Shown here one piece after another: positions 23,171 to 37,410 of a stretch of 64,000 bases of DNA (position 1 is the first letter of the stretch; each line of letters begins with the position of its first letter). This DNA comes from Eledone cirrhosa. Taxonomy: Eukaryota. A model generated the notes under the pieces. It ran no database searches. It was not told the DNA's origin and saw only the letters and a list, made by a program, of their open reading frames with translations. The translations under genes and the position numbers were made by a program. The stretch is taken from contig OZ024744.1 of the NCBI GenBank assembly GCA_964016885.1, positions 28,830,001-28,894,000 on the forward strand. The letters are read 5' to 3'.

Positions 23171-23224
<54 letters not shown>

Positions 23225-23229
<5 letters not shown>

Positions 23230-24267
23230 ATACTTTGAGAGGGTCATGTTGCCAATAAGAAACACACGCACCAGTTGCTTTCACTTCAATTTATTATAAC
23301 AAATTTATAATAAATTTATGAATTTATAAATTTCTGGTTGGTTGGTTGGTTGGTTGGTTCCACAACCAGATGGTTGTTTATATATTGTCATAGTTCTTTC
23401 GTCACACACTCTGTGACCTCTTCAGTGACTGGGGATTCCTTTCTTTGTTTCTGTGCCTCTCCTTTGTTCTGTCCTACGCCATTTTGTTTTCGTGTGTGTG
23501 TTGTGTGCTCAGTCTGCGCATGCGCCACATCCGGGTGTCTGTGTGTGTTTATGTTCATTTATTTATTTGTTTATTTACATGTTATTGGTTGGTTGTTTGT
23601 TCTATGTGTGTGTTTTCATTTTGTCCTTAATTGTAAGTTGTGATGTTGCTGTTCCACTCATATTTTCTATTTAATTTTGGTTGTAATTCTTTTATGTTTA
23701 TTGCCTCTGTAATTTGTCTAAACATTGCGTCTTTTCTGTGTGTAGATTCTATTTTTATTTCTATGTTCTCTAATTTACCCTTGTGTTCTATTTTAGCATG
23801 TTGGTAGAGTACAGATGATTCTTTACTATCTTGAAGGTCTCGCCAGTGTTCATTTATCCGTTCCCCTACACTACGAGCTGTCTCACCTATGTACACTATA
23901 TTTTTGTCTCTACATTGTCCTTCAGTACATCTTATGCTATACACTACATTTCTAGTTTTACAGTTAATATGGGGGCTTATTTTACAGATTATACATTTCT
24001 TATCTATACATGAGGGTCTTTGAAAAGGGTATGTCTTGCTAATAAGTGTTTTTACGGAGGTACCTGGTCTTTCTACTATCTTAATATTGAGTTTATGTTT
24101 ATTTAGGGCCCTTCTAAATTTGTAAGCTAATTCACCTCTAGGGGTTGTATCGATGAACATTACACTCTGCTATTTATTGCTATCATACCATGAGTTTATT
24201 CTATTAGCCTTGTTCCTAGTTCTTTCTATTCTATTCCAAAATTTGCTCCTATACAAATTCAGAAACG

Positions 24268-24270
<3 letters not shown>
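23225..24270 (-). mobile_element. 5'-truncated Penelope-like element (Nematis-like GIY-YIG) with a 3' HHR, inserted in (TA)n
   Basis: ORF 23627..24160: FIDTTPRGEL..KIVERPG..CxxxxCxxC..C..NVVYSIRC..YIGETARSVGERINEH..RQITEA..LNRKYEW. HHR lies downstream in the same sense. Confidence 0.85.
23387..23429 (-). ncRNA. Minimal type I hammerhead ribozyme (family 4)
   Basis: Minus strand GTCA-CTGAAGA-g GTCAC agagtgt GTGAC-GAAA-GAAC-TA-TGAC: stem I GTCA/TGAC, CUA cleavage. Confidence 0.8.
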
Positions 24271-24299
<29 letters not shown>

Positions 24300-24358
24300 C
24301 GGCGATGAATTAGTTTTGCGACGTTTTTTATATGAAATCGTGTGTCGAAACAGATATT

Positions 24359-24969
24359 GTTATATTTGGGGAGGGTCATATTTGCGTAATATTGCCAGAA
24401 TTAATAACAGAACACACTCACTGTTTGGTTGGTTTTCGCTTCTCGCTGTCTTTTATATCTGCGGTCTAACTTACTCGGTCCTCAATGTTGCCATTGACTG
24501 ACCGATGGTCAAAAATAATACAGATACAATATAGACGCAAACACATATATATAGTTTACATAATTTACATAAATCTTTCGTTGCACATCTGCAACATCGT
24601 CAGTGGTGTTATATTCAATGTTCCTCCTGTTGTGTTGTATGTCTACGCCATTTTTTTGTTCAGACTGAACAAAAAAATGACGTAGACATACAACACAACA
24701 GGAGGAACAATGAATATAACACCACTGACGATGTTGCAGATGTGCAACGAAAGATTTATGTAAATTATGTAAACAATATATATGTGTTTGCGTCTATATT
24801 GTATCTGTATTATTTTTGACCATCGGTCAGTCAATGGCAACATTGAGGACCGAGTAAGTTAGACCGCAGATATAAAAGACAGCGAGAAGCGAAAACCAAC
24901 CAAACAGTGAGTGTGTTCTGTTATTAATTCTGGCAATATTACGCAAATATGACCCTCCCCAAATATAAC
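24359..24969. repeat. Near-perfect 611-bp palindrome (two 305-bp arms, 1-nt loop at 24664) of a PLE pLTR-like unit with HHR-like cores
   Basis: Centre TTTTGTTCAG A CTGAACAAAA, and I find 3 mismatches between the arms. CTGACGA-GTTGCA/TGCAAC-GAAA occurs at 24725-24752(+) and 24576-24603(-). Confidence 0.92.
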
Positions 24970-25000
<31 letters not shown>

Positions 25001-25102
25001 GTGTGTGTATATATGTATATGTGTGTGTCTATGTAATTGTGTATGCGTATGTATGTGTTAAATGTATGTATGTGTATGAATATGTGTATGTATATGTATG
25101 TG

Positions 25103-25163
<61 letters not shown>

Positions 25164-25300
25164 GAATGTATGGATATGTTGATATTTATGTGTGTATGTA
25201 TGTGTGTGTATATGTATGTGTATGTATATATACACATATATATGTGTGTGTGTGTGTTTATGTGTGTGTGTATGTATGTGTGTATGTATGTATATACATA

Positions 25301-25403
<103 letters not shown>

Positions 25404-25545
25404 ATGTATATAATTGTGTGTGTGTGTGTGTTTGCATGTGTGTTTTTATTTTATTTTTCCTTTCCTTCTTCCTTTTCTAGCCTCACTTTCGTATAGATTG
25501 CATTTTTGTTTTTAAAATTCAACGCCAATAAATACATCAGGATTT

Positions 25546-25606
25546 TTTCATTCTGATGATTGAAAGCAAATTTGTTTTGCTTTTAAGAAACCACTGGTAA
25601 ATGAAA
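25546..25606 (+). ncRNA. Hammerhead ribozyme (family 2), intact
   Basis: TTTCATT-CTGATGA-TTGAAAGCAAA..TTTGCTTTTAA-GAAA-CCACTGG-TA-AATGAAA: 7-bp stem I, about 11-bp stem II, stem III ACCA/TGGT, GUA cleavage after 25599. Confidence 0.9.
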
Positions 25607-25711
25607 TAATTGCCTTATGTTGTTTATTACATAACTATTAAGCTCTGTTACCTACATAGAGCACTCTTTTTCCTGGACTTTTCCGACGGAATTACTTCAT
25701 TCATTTATCTA

Positions 25712-26122
<411 letters not shown>

Positions 26123-27954
26123 TACATTCACATACAAACAAACATGCGTGTATATATTCATACACACCCATATACCCAGACAAGTATATTAAGATAGAAG
26201 TAGGGTAGAATTGGTAAATATAGTGATTAACACTACATTCTCGATTTATTTATATTAAATATGTTTAACGCTAGGCTTAATTAATTCACTTAGACAATAG
26301 AATTGACCGTCCCCCGTTTATTGTCTAGATATTGTTTTGGTAATGGAAATTAAAGTTAGCAATACAAATGAAAATTAGAATTTAAAAACCTGTTTTAAGT
26401 AAATAAGGATTATAACCTAAAATATGGAGCGTGAAACCATAAGTTAATATCTTAAGTTAATATCATCCTCTATCACTTTAAATTAGCAATGAAAAACAAT
26501 GTAAAACAATAAAACAACAATGAAAAAAGATGGAAAGTATGAAAAAATGATAAAACAATGAAAATAACAAAGAAAAACGATGAAAATACATGATAGGTTA
26601 AAAGTACGTATTGAGAGCTGAAGAGAAAATATCTAACAACCAAGGTTTTTACACATATATGTATGTTTATCGAGAAAGAAATTGTTGATACTGTGAATTC
26701 TATCACATACACAGTCCTTTGGGAGAAAACAGTCAACCTAATCCTTTTAGTGTGTTTAGAAAATCCATACTCCGATCTATACTGGATTGAGGAGGGAGGG
26801 TCGTTTCAAAGCCTCAATGCGAAATGCAGGAAAAACAAGGGATTTTCTTGTTGGTTTTAGGTCCACTTATTCCTTATTCTTTCTCTATATATACATGTGT
26901 GTGTGTGTACAAATATATATATACTCAGTTCTGAGCTGAATTTGTTGCTGTACTCCGTCACCTAATACGGGAGTCAATATCTCATCAGGTTGTGAGGTAA
27001 CTCTGTAGTTGTTTCAGCCCTTTCTACTGAGACACCAGAGTTACTCAGAGCCACCCACCGATGTTGAGTCTGATGTTCCACCTCAATGTATCAAGAGCAT
27101 CATTCATTTTATCATTTCTTTCAGATGTAAATACTCCGTTTCTCAGCTTTCTCGGAGTGTGCCCTTGAAATGTCGTCCCTATCCTTTGCCACCTGTCCAA
27201 GGACCCTGAGGAGCGAGTCAGCCCTGGTTTCAATAAATCCTCTGATACCTCTCTTTACATGGAAACAGGATACCTCCCATTCGCAGGTTCAACAGAGTTC
27301 AACCAAATCACAGACTTACTGGAATTCCTATTGAAAGCACCATGGTTGTTCCCTACTCAAGAGATAGTTAACTCCACAGACTTCACAAAGACTGTACCAC
27401 AAGACAAGATGGAAAAAAGGGGCAGTGGTATTTGCTATCCATGTTAAATGAGATCACCCAGATCCCCTGCAATTTTGTGTTAGTCGTATTTCTTATATCA
27501 AACTTGCAATGTTCTCCTTCTTTATAAAACTTGTGATCTCTCTTGCCGTTGCTCATCCCCTTCAACCTCACATCCACTGTATCAGCCAGAACTCTAAGCC
27601 ATATATTTCTGTTCATCAGGAATAGTGGGCAGTAAGACAGTATTTGTTTTATCGTTCAAGACTTCCCACATTTACACAGGCCTCTGTCTTCTAATTTCCA
27701 AAGTTTTAGATTTGTGTAACAAGGAAGCATATCATAGAAAGAGTGAACCAGACAAAAAGTTCTAGTTGGTTCAAACAACCACAACTCCTTCTGCCCGATC
27801 TTCAACTCGACCAAAATCTCCTCCCATGGCACACATATAGGATTGTTATTATTTTCTTCCTTGTTTTTTTCCAGACGAGACTCTAAGAGAAACCATCATC
27901 TTAGAACTGTTTTTTAGTGGAATAGGATGTGTGAGTGTGTGTGAGCAAGCTTAA

Positions 27955-28292
27955 ATTCTTCTTCTTACCCTTGCTCAACGAGGCCAGGAACATCCCAAGC
28001 CAGCGATCCCAAAGCCTTGTGCGTAGAGCCCACCATGTCCACTAATGCCCTCCATCACTGGAGGTCTCGTGCCAGCTCCTCTGCATCCTCCAAGGTGATG
28101 TCAAGCCTCGGGAGATCTTTCCTCGTGATATTCATCCATACAGCCGCTTCATCGAATAAGAGTAAGACCCTGGTAGGTTGATCTAGTGGAAAGAGAATAA
28201 CAGAGAGGACGGATGTATTATAAATACGGAGCTTTGTCTTCTGGAAAATTAAGCAATTGTGCCAAAAGGGCTTCCATAGGGAGGACACAATC
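27955..28292 (-). mobile_element. Internally deleted RTE-like LINE 3' end
   Basis: KTKLRIYNTSVLSVIL and RKDLPRLDITLEDAEELARDLQ*WRAL, followed by an (AAG)n-like tail. Confidence 0.65.
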
Positions 28293-28294
28293 CC

Positions 28295-28722
28295 GCCATA
28301 TTGGACGAAATGTATCTTCCCATCATGAACTGAGTAATTTCGTCTTTTGATTCTACGTCATCACTGAGGCCAGCCACCGCCATGTCGCCGCCTTTGTTGA
28401 TGTATTTACAGATGTATTTAATGCTTTTAACAAATGTGCAGGACTCCACATTGGTGTGAGCATTACAAATTTTAGCAAGCAAAGGGCTGTAAGGCACCAC
28501 CCAGCTGTTGTTAATGTCGTATTCTGTCCCTTTCTTCTTAATCCTAGCCGAAAGGCCGCCAAAATCGGGAGCACGCGCCGGTAGATGGGGTAGCCGTCAA
28601 CCCCAGTGCAAGTTTCCCTGGTGAAGGCTATGGGGTAGTGTTTGGTGCACTTGTTCCCCTCCATGCATGAATTTTGGCTGTTAAGGGCATCACAGGGTAC
28701 ATGTATCATATTAGCCAGCACA
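28295..28722 (-). pseudogene. Helitron Rep-domain fragment
   Basis: MIHVPC..SCMEGNKCTKHYP..DGYPIYRR, VPYSPLL..AHTNVE..SIKYICKYINKGGD and DEI..GRYISS. Confidence 0.8.
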
Positions 28723-29033
28723 ACGTTTCAATAAAAAGTTGCATTAAAAAAGGGAAGCATTGAATGTAAAATGCTAAGCTAAAAGCGAAAAATTAATGTC
28801 ATTGTTTACGTATAATGAATTGGAAATGCTTCACTAAGAGATGGATATAAAAGTATTTTAGGTTAAATAGTATAGGGAGGTGGATAGGATACATACATAC
28901 GTAGACGATATATAAGTATCTTATATAAGTATCTTATATAAGTATCGTGTGTATGTGTGTGTGTGTGCTATGCGAGCGACGACAGATTAAAGATATATAA
29001 CACGTTACTGAACGTTAACTAAAGTTTGATGGT

Positions 29034-29102
<69 letters not shown>

Positions 29103-29478
29103 ATCTAATACTTTAATTGTATCTCTCTCTGTCTAACGGCCTGTCTCTCTCTCTGCAGTGTTGTCATATAGGAAGTTAAGAACGACAGAGAGAGTATAGC
29201 AGTTACATTATAGAGAGGGAGAATGATCTATTATAGAAAGAGAGAAGAGCGACGGAGAGAGTAAATCTAACAAACTATAGGGAGGTAAAATCGATAGAAA
29301 AATATCTTTTTGGGGCCCTAGAGACCACATTTTTCAATTTAGAGAACTCCAAGTAGACCTGTCACTTCCTCGGCTCCTTTTACATTAATGTGTAAATTTG
29401 CATGACAATCAGAGCATTGATACTACACTTTTGCCTGTATCAAGACACGACTCAGACAATTTTCGCCCATTTCACATT

Positions 29479-29531
<53 letters not shown>

Positions 29532-29739
29532 GATAGAAAGACAGAGAGAGAGGCGGAGTGAGAAAGTGTGTGAGAGAGAATGAAAGAGAGAGTAAGAGAT
29601 AGAAAGAGGAAAAAGCGAGAGAGAGGTTTGCTATTATTTTCTTCGTTATTTTTTTCCAGATGAGCCTCACGTAGATACTCCGGTCAATGATACATTCGTG
29701 AATGATCGTACATACACACAGTGTAAGTTATAATTTAAA

Positions 29740-30262
29740 TACATTATCATTTTCAGAAACTCTTCTAATGCTTACTCCTAGGTCTCCTTCAAGCTCCCAA
29801 ACAGCTGTGCGGGGATTTGCTTTCACCAGTCTTCAAGTTATCCACAAGATTGCTAGAAGGACTTCCTCGACCTTCCTTATTTCCTTATCTTCAAGAATTA
29901 ATTCACTACGATGGAGCTTTTGGAAACCATATATATGTATATATATAGAAGTTAGTTCCAAGAGGATACGAGTTTCACCTTGTGGATTTCCAACTCGAGT
30001 TAATGGGTTACATTGGAAGCATTCCGTTCTTCGGCTATAACCCATACACTCGTGTTGAAAATCCGTAAGGTGAAACAGGTGTCCTCGAGAATGGTTTATT
30101 AACTGTTGTGGAACTTTGACGGAACTCGTCCTATGGACTGAGTGCTCTACGACTACGGCTATAACCTCCCAGTGTTCTACATATAAATATATGCATTTAT
30201 ATTTGTGTGGCAGTGGTACATGTGTGCGTATTTGCCTATTGTTCAATCGTACATCTTTATTT
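29740..30262 (-). pseudogene. Degenerate mariner-type transposase N-terminal (HTH) remnant, split by an insertion at about 29930-30220
   Basis: Fragments RQIRT, (W)FQKLHRSELILEDKE, GRGSPS and LVKANPRTAVWELEGDLGVS resemble the mariner WFxKFxSGxxxLEDxxxxGRPS...LVExNPRxTxRELAxxLGVS region. Confidence 0.55.
29962..30086 (+). other. Imperfect 49-bp-stem hairpin with a 27-nt loop
   Basis: 29962-30010 pairs with 30038-30086 and includes 3 G.U pairs. Confidence 0.75.
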
Positions 30263-31298
30263 GTTTGTTGTTATTTTCTTATTTTAGCCAATTCTTCCAC
30301 AGATTCGTTTGTCTATCATTCTCCCATGTTTGAACATATAACTATGCAGGGTAAGTTATAATTTAAACTCTCTTTTATAAAATGTATTGTATATATTAAT
30401 GTATAGTAAGAATGGGGAGTTAAATGTTACTTATATCTTTTTATAACTACAACTTGAAATCTTCCCAGGATCTTGTTTTTACAAACGATTATGAGAAAAA
30501 TACCTTAGTGGATGAGTTTGTTCTTCGTACTTGCAGCGACATGCTTCTGACTTCCAGGATATAAATAAATATCTCTTTAATGCTCAATCCTCTATAAATA
30601 TAAGTTTATTGTCGAAAGTTGATTTTCCGTACAGGCAATAGAATATCTCAATTGTAGATCAGCCGTAGAAGAACAATTGACACAAAATAGAATATGGTTT
30701 GTCGATAACTGTTCTATTCCTTCTAACAGTATTATGGAAGGAATATAGCAGGAGTTAACCTGTAATAATTCTTTTCGTTTTCGCAGTCCGCTCCAATTCC
30801 TTCTGTTCTCGTGTGCAGTGGTTTTCACGGGAATGTGATAATGTATTTATACGCGACTTCCCATTGCTCTGTTTAACCTTATTGCATATGAAAATGTTGT
30901 ATATTGTGAAGTATGTCGTAGTTCCACTACAAATGTATTATGCTGTTATTTCATATCTGTTCATTTATATGTTATATATACCCGTGGGTTTTTTTATCTT
31001 GTGATAGGTCAAAAAGCATTTAAATAATATGTCCACCATTTTTAATTGTAACAAACTCTCAACGTCTTGTTAAATTTTAACTTTCTGATATTTTCATCCA
31101 TGTCAAAATTATCTAAAGACATTAAAAGACCATTTATTGACTTATTGACCCAACTACGGCAACTGAGGAAGGTCCACAGCTACATTTTCCTACAAGATGT
31201 TCTACAAGGGTCGTAAAGTGCTAATCATTTTCCTTTCTTTTTACTACACGATTTGGTTTTGTTCACCTTCAATTATACATTTTACTGGTCGTCTAGCT

Positions 31299-31625
31299 CA
31301 GTGGTCGCCAACCTTTCGGACCTCACTGACCATTAAATTCATAATTTTAAATCTCGTGGACCACTAATATAAATTTTTTTAAAAAGATAAATACGTTTGT
31401 AAAATAATGATCAGAGAACTCCATTTTATTAATATGAAATGTACCTGTCACAATATAACAAAATTATGGTCGAAACAATACTGAGGCGTACGTGTGTCAT
31501 ATTGTCGATAGATGATACATATCTGTAAAATTCTCTCATGGATGTTAGTTCTTTACTGACGAGGAACATTTTTTAGGGGTGTTATAAAGTATATCTTAAC
31601 CGAATATTTTAAGTTTTATTATTAA
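31299..31625. mobile_element. Left part of a hAT (Charlie-like) MITE
   Basis: Starts CAGTGGTCGCCAACC, has subterminal GGACC(A/T)C motifs and follows a TCTAG-type site. Confidence 0.55.
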
Positions 31626-31971
31626 CTAGACAACCTGTGACCCGTTGGGTCATGTTCACTTAAAAATAATTTTTAAATAATTAAAATATACACAAAATGT
31701 ATATAATGTAAAATGCCATTGGAAAGCCAATATATATATACGTGTATATATGTGTATATGTACGTGTATATATATATATATATGTGTTTGCGTGTGGGGG
31801 TGTCTGTGGCCTATATACACTGGTCACAGACACACATACATCCTGTCCTAACACAAGTTATAAGATACATATAACTTAATATTCAGTCACCAAATTCAAG
31901 CTAGAAGTAGTCATGTTGTATTCGATTTGTTGAAGTCACCTGTCATAATTTCATTCAAAAACACCACCAGC

Positions 31972-32031
<60 letters not shown>

Positions 32032-32471
32032 GCACACACACACACAACCACTATCTGCGTTTGTATTCACATTTCAATGGTACGTTACTTTCAAAGTATT
32101 TTCCTATTATGCGCTGATTTGGCTATTTATAAAGTTACCCGAAAAAAACCGACGTATCTCGGGAACCCGTGGTCTGATTTACATGAAACTTGTCTTTTCA
32201 CTGTATTATTCACACGTATTTTCACAAAGAAAACATCAAATCAATTTTCACTAATAGCTATCCAATCACTCCACTTCAAAATTCTTTTTTCTATATCTCT
32301 ATGGATGCTTGACTTTGTTCTGAAAGATTTTTCTGCTTAAAAAGTTGCAATGTTAATGAAAAGCTAGTTTTATTTACAAAAATTTGAAAGAAATTATTCT
32401 TACTTGTCTTAGGTTTTCCTTTTCCTTTCATTTTCTGACGTCGGAATCAACATTTTCTCACATTTATGCTG

Positions 32472-35400
32472 TTACAGTTTGTTCAAAAGAATGCTTTTGA
32501 TGACAACATTCTTAGTTAACTGGGTATCCTTCAGAAACACTCTGACATTTTCTTTTCGTTTTTCACGGCTAAGGGCTACATACAGTTGATCGTGTTGGAA
32601 TACAGGTCGTTCCAGATAAATCAAGACGTTTTCCATAGTTTGTCCTTGAGCTTTATGAATAGTCATAGCGAAGCACAATTGAACTGGGAATTGGCTTCAC
32701 TGCAAAGGGATATCCTCACCTTCGGATAGATTAATTCTTATTCTAGGTATCATAACGATCTCATTTCTGAAAGCAGCAGTGTTGATTCTTGCTACTATGA
32801 GATTGTCGTGCAGTTCTTCCACGATCATGCGCGTTCCATTACAAAGCCTTGGAGGATTCAAGTTCCTCATAAGAATTATTGGCGATTTTTTTTTAATTCC
32901 AGGTTATTTGGTGGCAGTCCTGTTAGTTCAACTGAATCAAGGAATTCAGTCGGGAAATGAGTGGCATTGGCACCATCACTCACAGAATTATAGGATCGGT
33001 ACTCTTTTATGGTTCCAGGGAAGCGTCTGATACAGGTGGAACTGATGCTTCTCATCATTTCATTGAGAGGTACTAAGATGCAATTGTTCGAAAACACTTC
33101 AGCTGGATTGCCGAATGAGGGGTAGATGAAATCAATACAGTCTTCCATAGTTGTTGCTTGGAGAACCATTACTTTTGGCAAAATAATTTCCTCATTTTCA
33201 GTTTGTTTATCTTATCATCTCCAATATCCAATAGCAACTGTGAATAGTCTCCTGCTCCTCCACCCAATCGCTTGTTTGTCTTCAACTGAAATCTTTTGAA
33301 GCTTCGCCATAAATAGGATTTTTTAATGCTGGCATTTTCCACGTTCGCTTCATTTCCCCCTTTTCACTACCGGAAGAAGCTGACGGAAATCGCCATACCA
33401 AATTGTCAAAATTCCACCGAATGCCTCATTGTTGTCGCATATGTCACGCAGAGTGAGGTCAACAGATTCAAAGCGTTCCCTCCGAATCATAGGACACTCA
33501 TCCCAAACAATCAGCCTTGTATGCTGGAAGAGGTTTGCCGTCTTTGAGTTTTTATCAATGTTGCACAGACCATTTTCTTTCACTACTATCGGTATTTTGA
33601 ACCTAGAATGCGCTGTTCTTCCACCAGGCATCAGTGTTGCAGCAATGCCAATGACGCAACAGCAATAGCCACGTCGCCGTTTCCTCTGACTTTTGAAAGA
33701 ATTAAGTTAATCAGGAATGTCTTTCCTGTTCCACCTGGAGCGTCAATGAAAATCAATGCAGATGTGTTCGTCTCTAAACTGTTACAAACGAAGTCATACA
33801 CGTGTTTTTGTTCACTATTCAATCGTCGCTGCTCTTTGCTGTATTGCAATTCATGCAATAACTCCAAATTGCCAATATCCTGATTAGCAACAATATTATT
33901 TGGCCTTGGCAAGTTAAAGTCACTAAGACTTTTGCCCAGGTCGTTAAGTTTGTCTTCAAAATACAGAAGACATTGATCATAATGTCTCTCGATAATCAAA
34001 AGGTTAACGTTTCTATTTGACAGTAATCCTCAGACAGCAACTGCTTAAATCGAGCCCACAAAGCACTGGAATTGTCAATTTCTGTATTTGTGAGGAACAC
34101 AATGAATAGATCTTTCATGGCTTTGGGAAGCCTTGTTCGCTCAGCATCTTCCAGAGTCTGCTGCCAATGATCATCCGATTGAAGCAAACCTTTCTCTCTG
34201 CAGACGTCTTTGAATAATGTCAGGAGTTCTCCATCACACATTTTCAAAGAGTTAAAGGATACTGTCCCTTTGACGTGATGCAGAAGGAGTCTTAAATAAT
34301 ACAGGTCACCACTTCGTGGAGAAACAGTCTTTACTCGTCCCAAAACGTTCGCCTAAAAATCTCTGGATACTGCTCAACTGTTTTCCCCAGCTTTCTCCTT
34401 TCCCATCTCTTATTACTCCAAGTGTAAAACTTTGGCACATCGGCATAATACAATGTTTTTGCAAACGGTTCACGATCAGTCAGAGTCGTCTTAGCCATGC
34501 TATTGTTTACTTTAACAGCAGCATTGACCCGAAAGAAGATTTGATTTTCCTCAGGTAGATGAACTTGAAGGTGAACTACGGCCGGTTCTCTCTTATGAAT
34601 TGGATATCCAAGTAACAGCTTCTGAAGGACCGGTATATCTTCCTGTTAAATACTGTATTATCTCATCTTCCCTGTTCACTCCAAACATTGCCTGATCAAT
34701 GCCCTTCGTCGTATATTTGATAACCTATTTGTTCGATTTCACGGAAGAGCACATCTCTACGTTTAGGTGGCAGTTGAACAGTTTTAATAGTTTCATATTG
34801 TATGGAACCACCCATTCCGAAGTTATATTTCGGCTTCCCTTCCTTCTTGGTGCCCCTCAAATCCTCGCATTGCTGGAGACCGTCTTCTGTACACAGGATA
34901 AGAGTCCTCTCCACACAATGTATATTCATTGAAAGGCTTAGGGTACCGCTTACTGCACGTTCCATCTTTCCAACAGGGCGAATTGTTAGAGCAATTCGGA
35001 CCGTGGATCATGTGCTTCAGCACCAATTCATGACCCTCTGGATCTTTGTTTGGATCTGGTATTTCGGCTTGAACAAATTGATCGTATTCCTGCGGTATGG
35101 ACTTGGCGGCTTCATTGAGCCATAGCAAACAGTGCACATGAGGAAGACCTCGACTGTCAGCACGTAAGCAATGCACTTGCCAAATAGGCCATCTACTCCA
35201 GTAAGATACTTTCTTAACAGTTTCTGCTTCAAATTAAATACTCTGGCACTTAAATATGGCCTGTCATGTGGCTTCTGATTCAGGAATAGGTTTTGCCGGA
35301 TTTCGGGCCAGTTTGGATTGCATGTCATTGTGATGAAGCACGAAGGATTGCCGTACTTCCGTATGTACATCATGGCATCCTGGCATCGTTCCATCATATA

Positions 35401-36814
35401 TCTCGGTCCACCAACAAATGTGGAAGAGAGTATGATTCGCCTGCCAATATTGCGAAAATCGTCATCATTCAATGCGTCAGTAAGGCCCTTGTATGTTTTA
35501 GATCGCAATGATGTTTGATTAATTCGGATGTATTGAGGTCTATCTCCTTCAATATTCGCAGCCATGTCAACCAAATATTGCTGAAATAAACGACCGCCTC
35601 TGAGAAGTTGGTTGAATTCATTCTCATGGTTCATTATTCGATAGGCATAGTAGCGCATTGGCGTCAACTTCTTGTTGTTGCTCTTTAGCAGCTCATGATG
35701 CCATCCGTCATCGCCAAAAGGAAAAAATAGAACATACTGCAAACTGTCATAGGACCGATGGGACTCTGAGATTATTTGCAATTGTCCGCCTTTTTCTTTC
35801 AACACAATGTGCCGTGCTTTTGCTTGAAATTCGGTGCTGTTTTGTATAATAACGGCAACTTCGTTTGCAGTTTGTGCATTGAATCTTCTCTCATGTTCCA
35901 TTGCTGGTCTCCTATCAGGATCAATAATAATCGAAGCTTCGGGAATATTTTTAATTTGTTCTTTTGCCATTCGAAATGAAGCAACGTAAGGGTTATGTTT
36001 TCTGAGTATTATTTCCAATAATTCAACTATGTCGCGCTGAATGCCATCATTATGGCGTATCCTGATCCTCAAATCAACACTATCCTGAGGATCCAAGAGT
36101 AAATTTGAAGAAATTGGGGTTGTTCATTGGGATTAGAGGTTAAGGAACTGATGTAATCGTGAATTTGACCATGAATAATGATAGAAGGATTCCATCCACT
36201 CCTTGAGGAATGAACTTCTTCGGCCCCAAAAGATGTCATTTGGAACAGACAATTGTATTGTCTGGGGTTCTTCCTGAACTCGTTTGCCCTAGGTTGATCA
36301 GTACTAAATAAACTGTGAAGTTCCTGGGGTAAAGGCTGCAGATTCCCCAACCTGACTTTTCCATTCATACAGCAAAAGTTAGCAGTTTCACCATGAAAAA
36401 GCATTGCATGACAATAGACACAGATCTTATTCATCTGTCCAACATCAGCAGAGAGGTCTCGTCGTTGAACTGTCCTTGCTCTATCCCTAATGGTTTGTTC
36501 GCAAAGACGTTCAGTTCTCCGAGCGTCCGATTCATGATTTCTCCTTCTTCTGTCTCTTTCCTTCTGTTCCGCCAGATGCGCAGTTCTCCGTCCATCCGAT
36601 TCATGATCGCTCCTGCTTCTGTCTCTTTCCCTCTGTTCCGCCAGACGCGCAGCCCTTGCTTTAACAGTCTCATCGATATTCTATTCGCATGCCTGTCCCG
36701 ATCTTGTTGGCGTTGACCACTATCTTGTTCACCTTCTTCGGCTCTCCTTAGCCGTGCTTTCTTTCCACTATCGATAGACCAACCAGATGTTTTCTTTCTT
36801 CCTCGTCGAGGCAT
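32472..36814 (-). pseudogene. Frameshifted Helitron RepHel (zinc finger, HUH Rep, Pif1-like SF1 helicase)
   Basis: CVYC..CCMNGKV; GRLFQQYLVD; GGPRYM; FITMTCNPNWPEI; RGLPHVH (HUH); FIDAPGGTGKTF; DECPM; GDFRQLLPV; [12 protein letters not shown]. Confidence 0.92.
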
Positions 36815-36829
36815 TATTTAAGAATAGAA

Positions 36830-37410
36830 AATCGTATTCACCTTAGAAAAAATTCCTATTACCTCAACAAATATTTTTTTTAAATCATCATTTAGAAATA
36901 TTTCTAAATAATGAAAATATTGTCTGTTTAAACAACTCGTATTTTTCAAATCATATTCACTTAAAAAATACTTATTAATAATTAAAATATTCTGTTTAAA
37001 GAAAGCTGAAATATATATACTCAGTGTACAAATAATTTGTATTTTTTAAGTCATTTTCACTTAAGAATATATTTTAAATATGCCAAGAAATATTTTTTCC
37101 ATCGTATTCACTTGAAAATAATTTTTAAAAAATGAAGATATTGTCTGTGTAAATAAAGCTATTTGTGAAATCAAATTCACTTTAAAATATTTCTAAATAA
37201 TTGAAATATTCTTTTTAACAAAAGCAAAAATATAAACACCTACTGTTTAAAACCAACTGGTATTGTTCAGTCATATTCACTTAATGATTTTCTGATAATT
37301 AAAATATCGTCTGTTTAAAGAAAGCTCAAATATAGATACTTGAAGTACAAACAACTTGTAGTTTTGAAATCATATTCACTGAGAAATCACTGAAAATTCT
37401 TTTTTTAATA
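36830..37410. repeat. Degenerate AT-rich tandem repeat in the Helitron 5' UTR
   Basis: A TC(A/G)TATTCACTT..AAAT-type motif recurs about 7 times at irregular spacing. Confidence 0.55.

Noticed and set aside
30400-31290. Possible host exon or decayed transposase; likewise 42741-43019
   Set aside because: No recognisable motif or supportable splice structure. A database search is needed.
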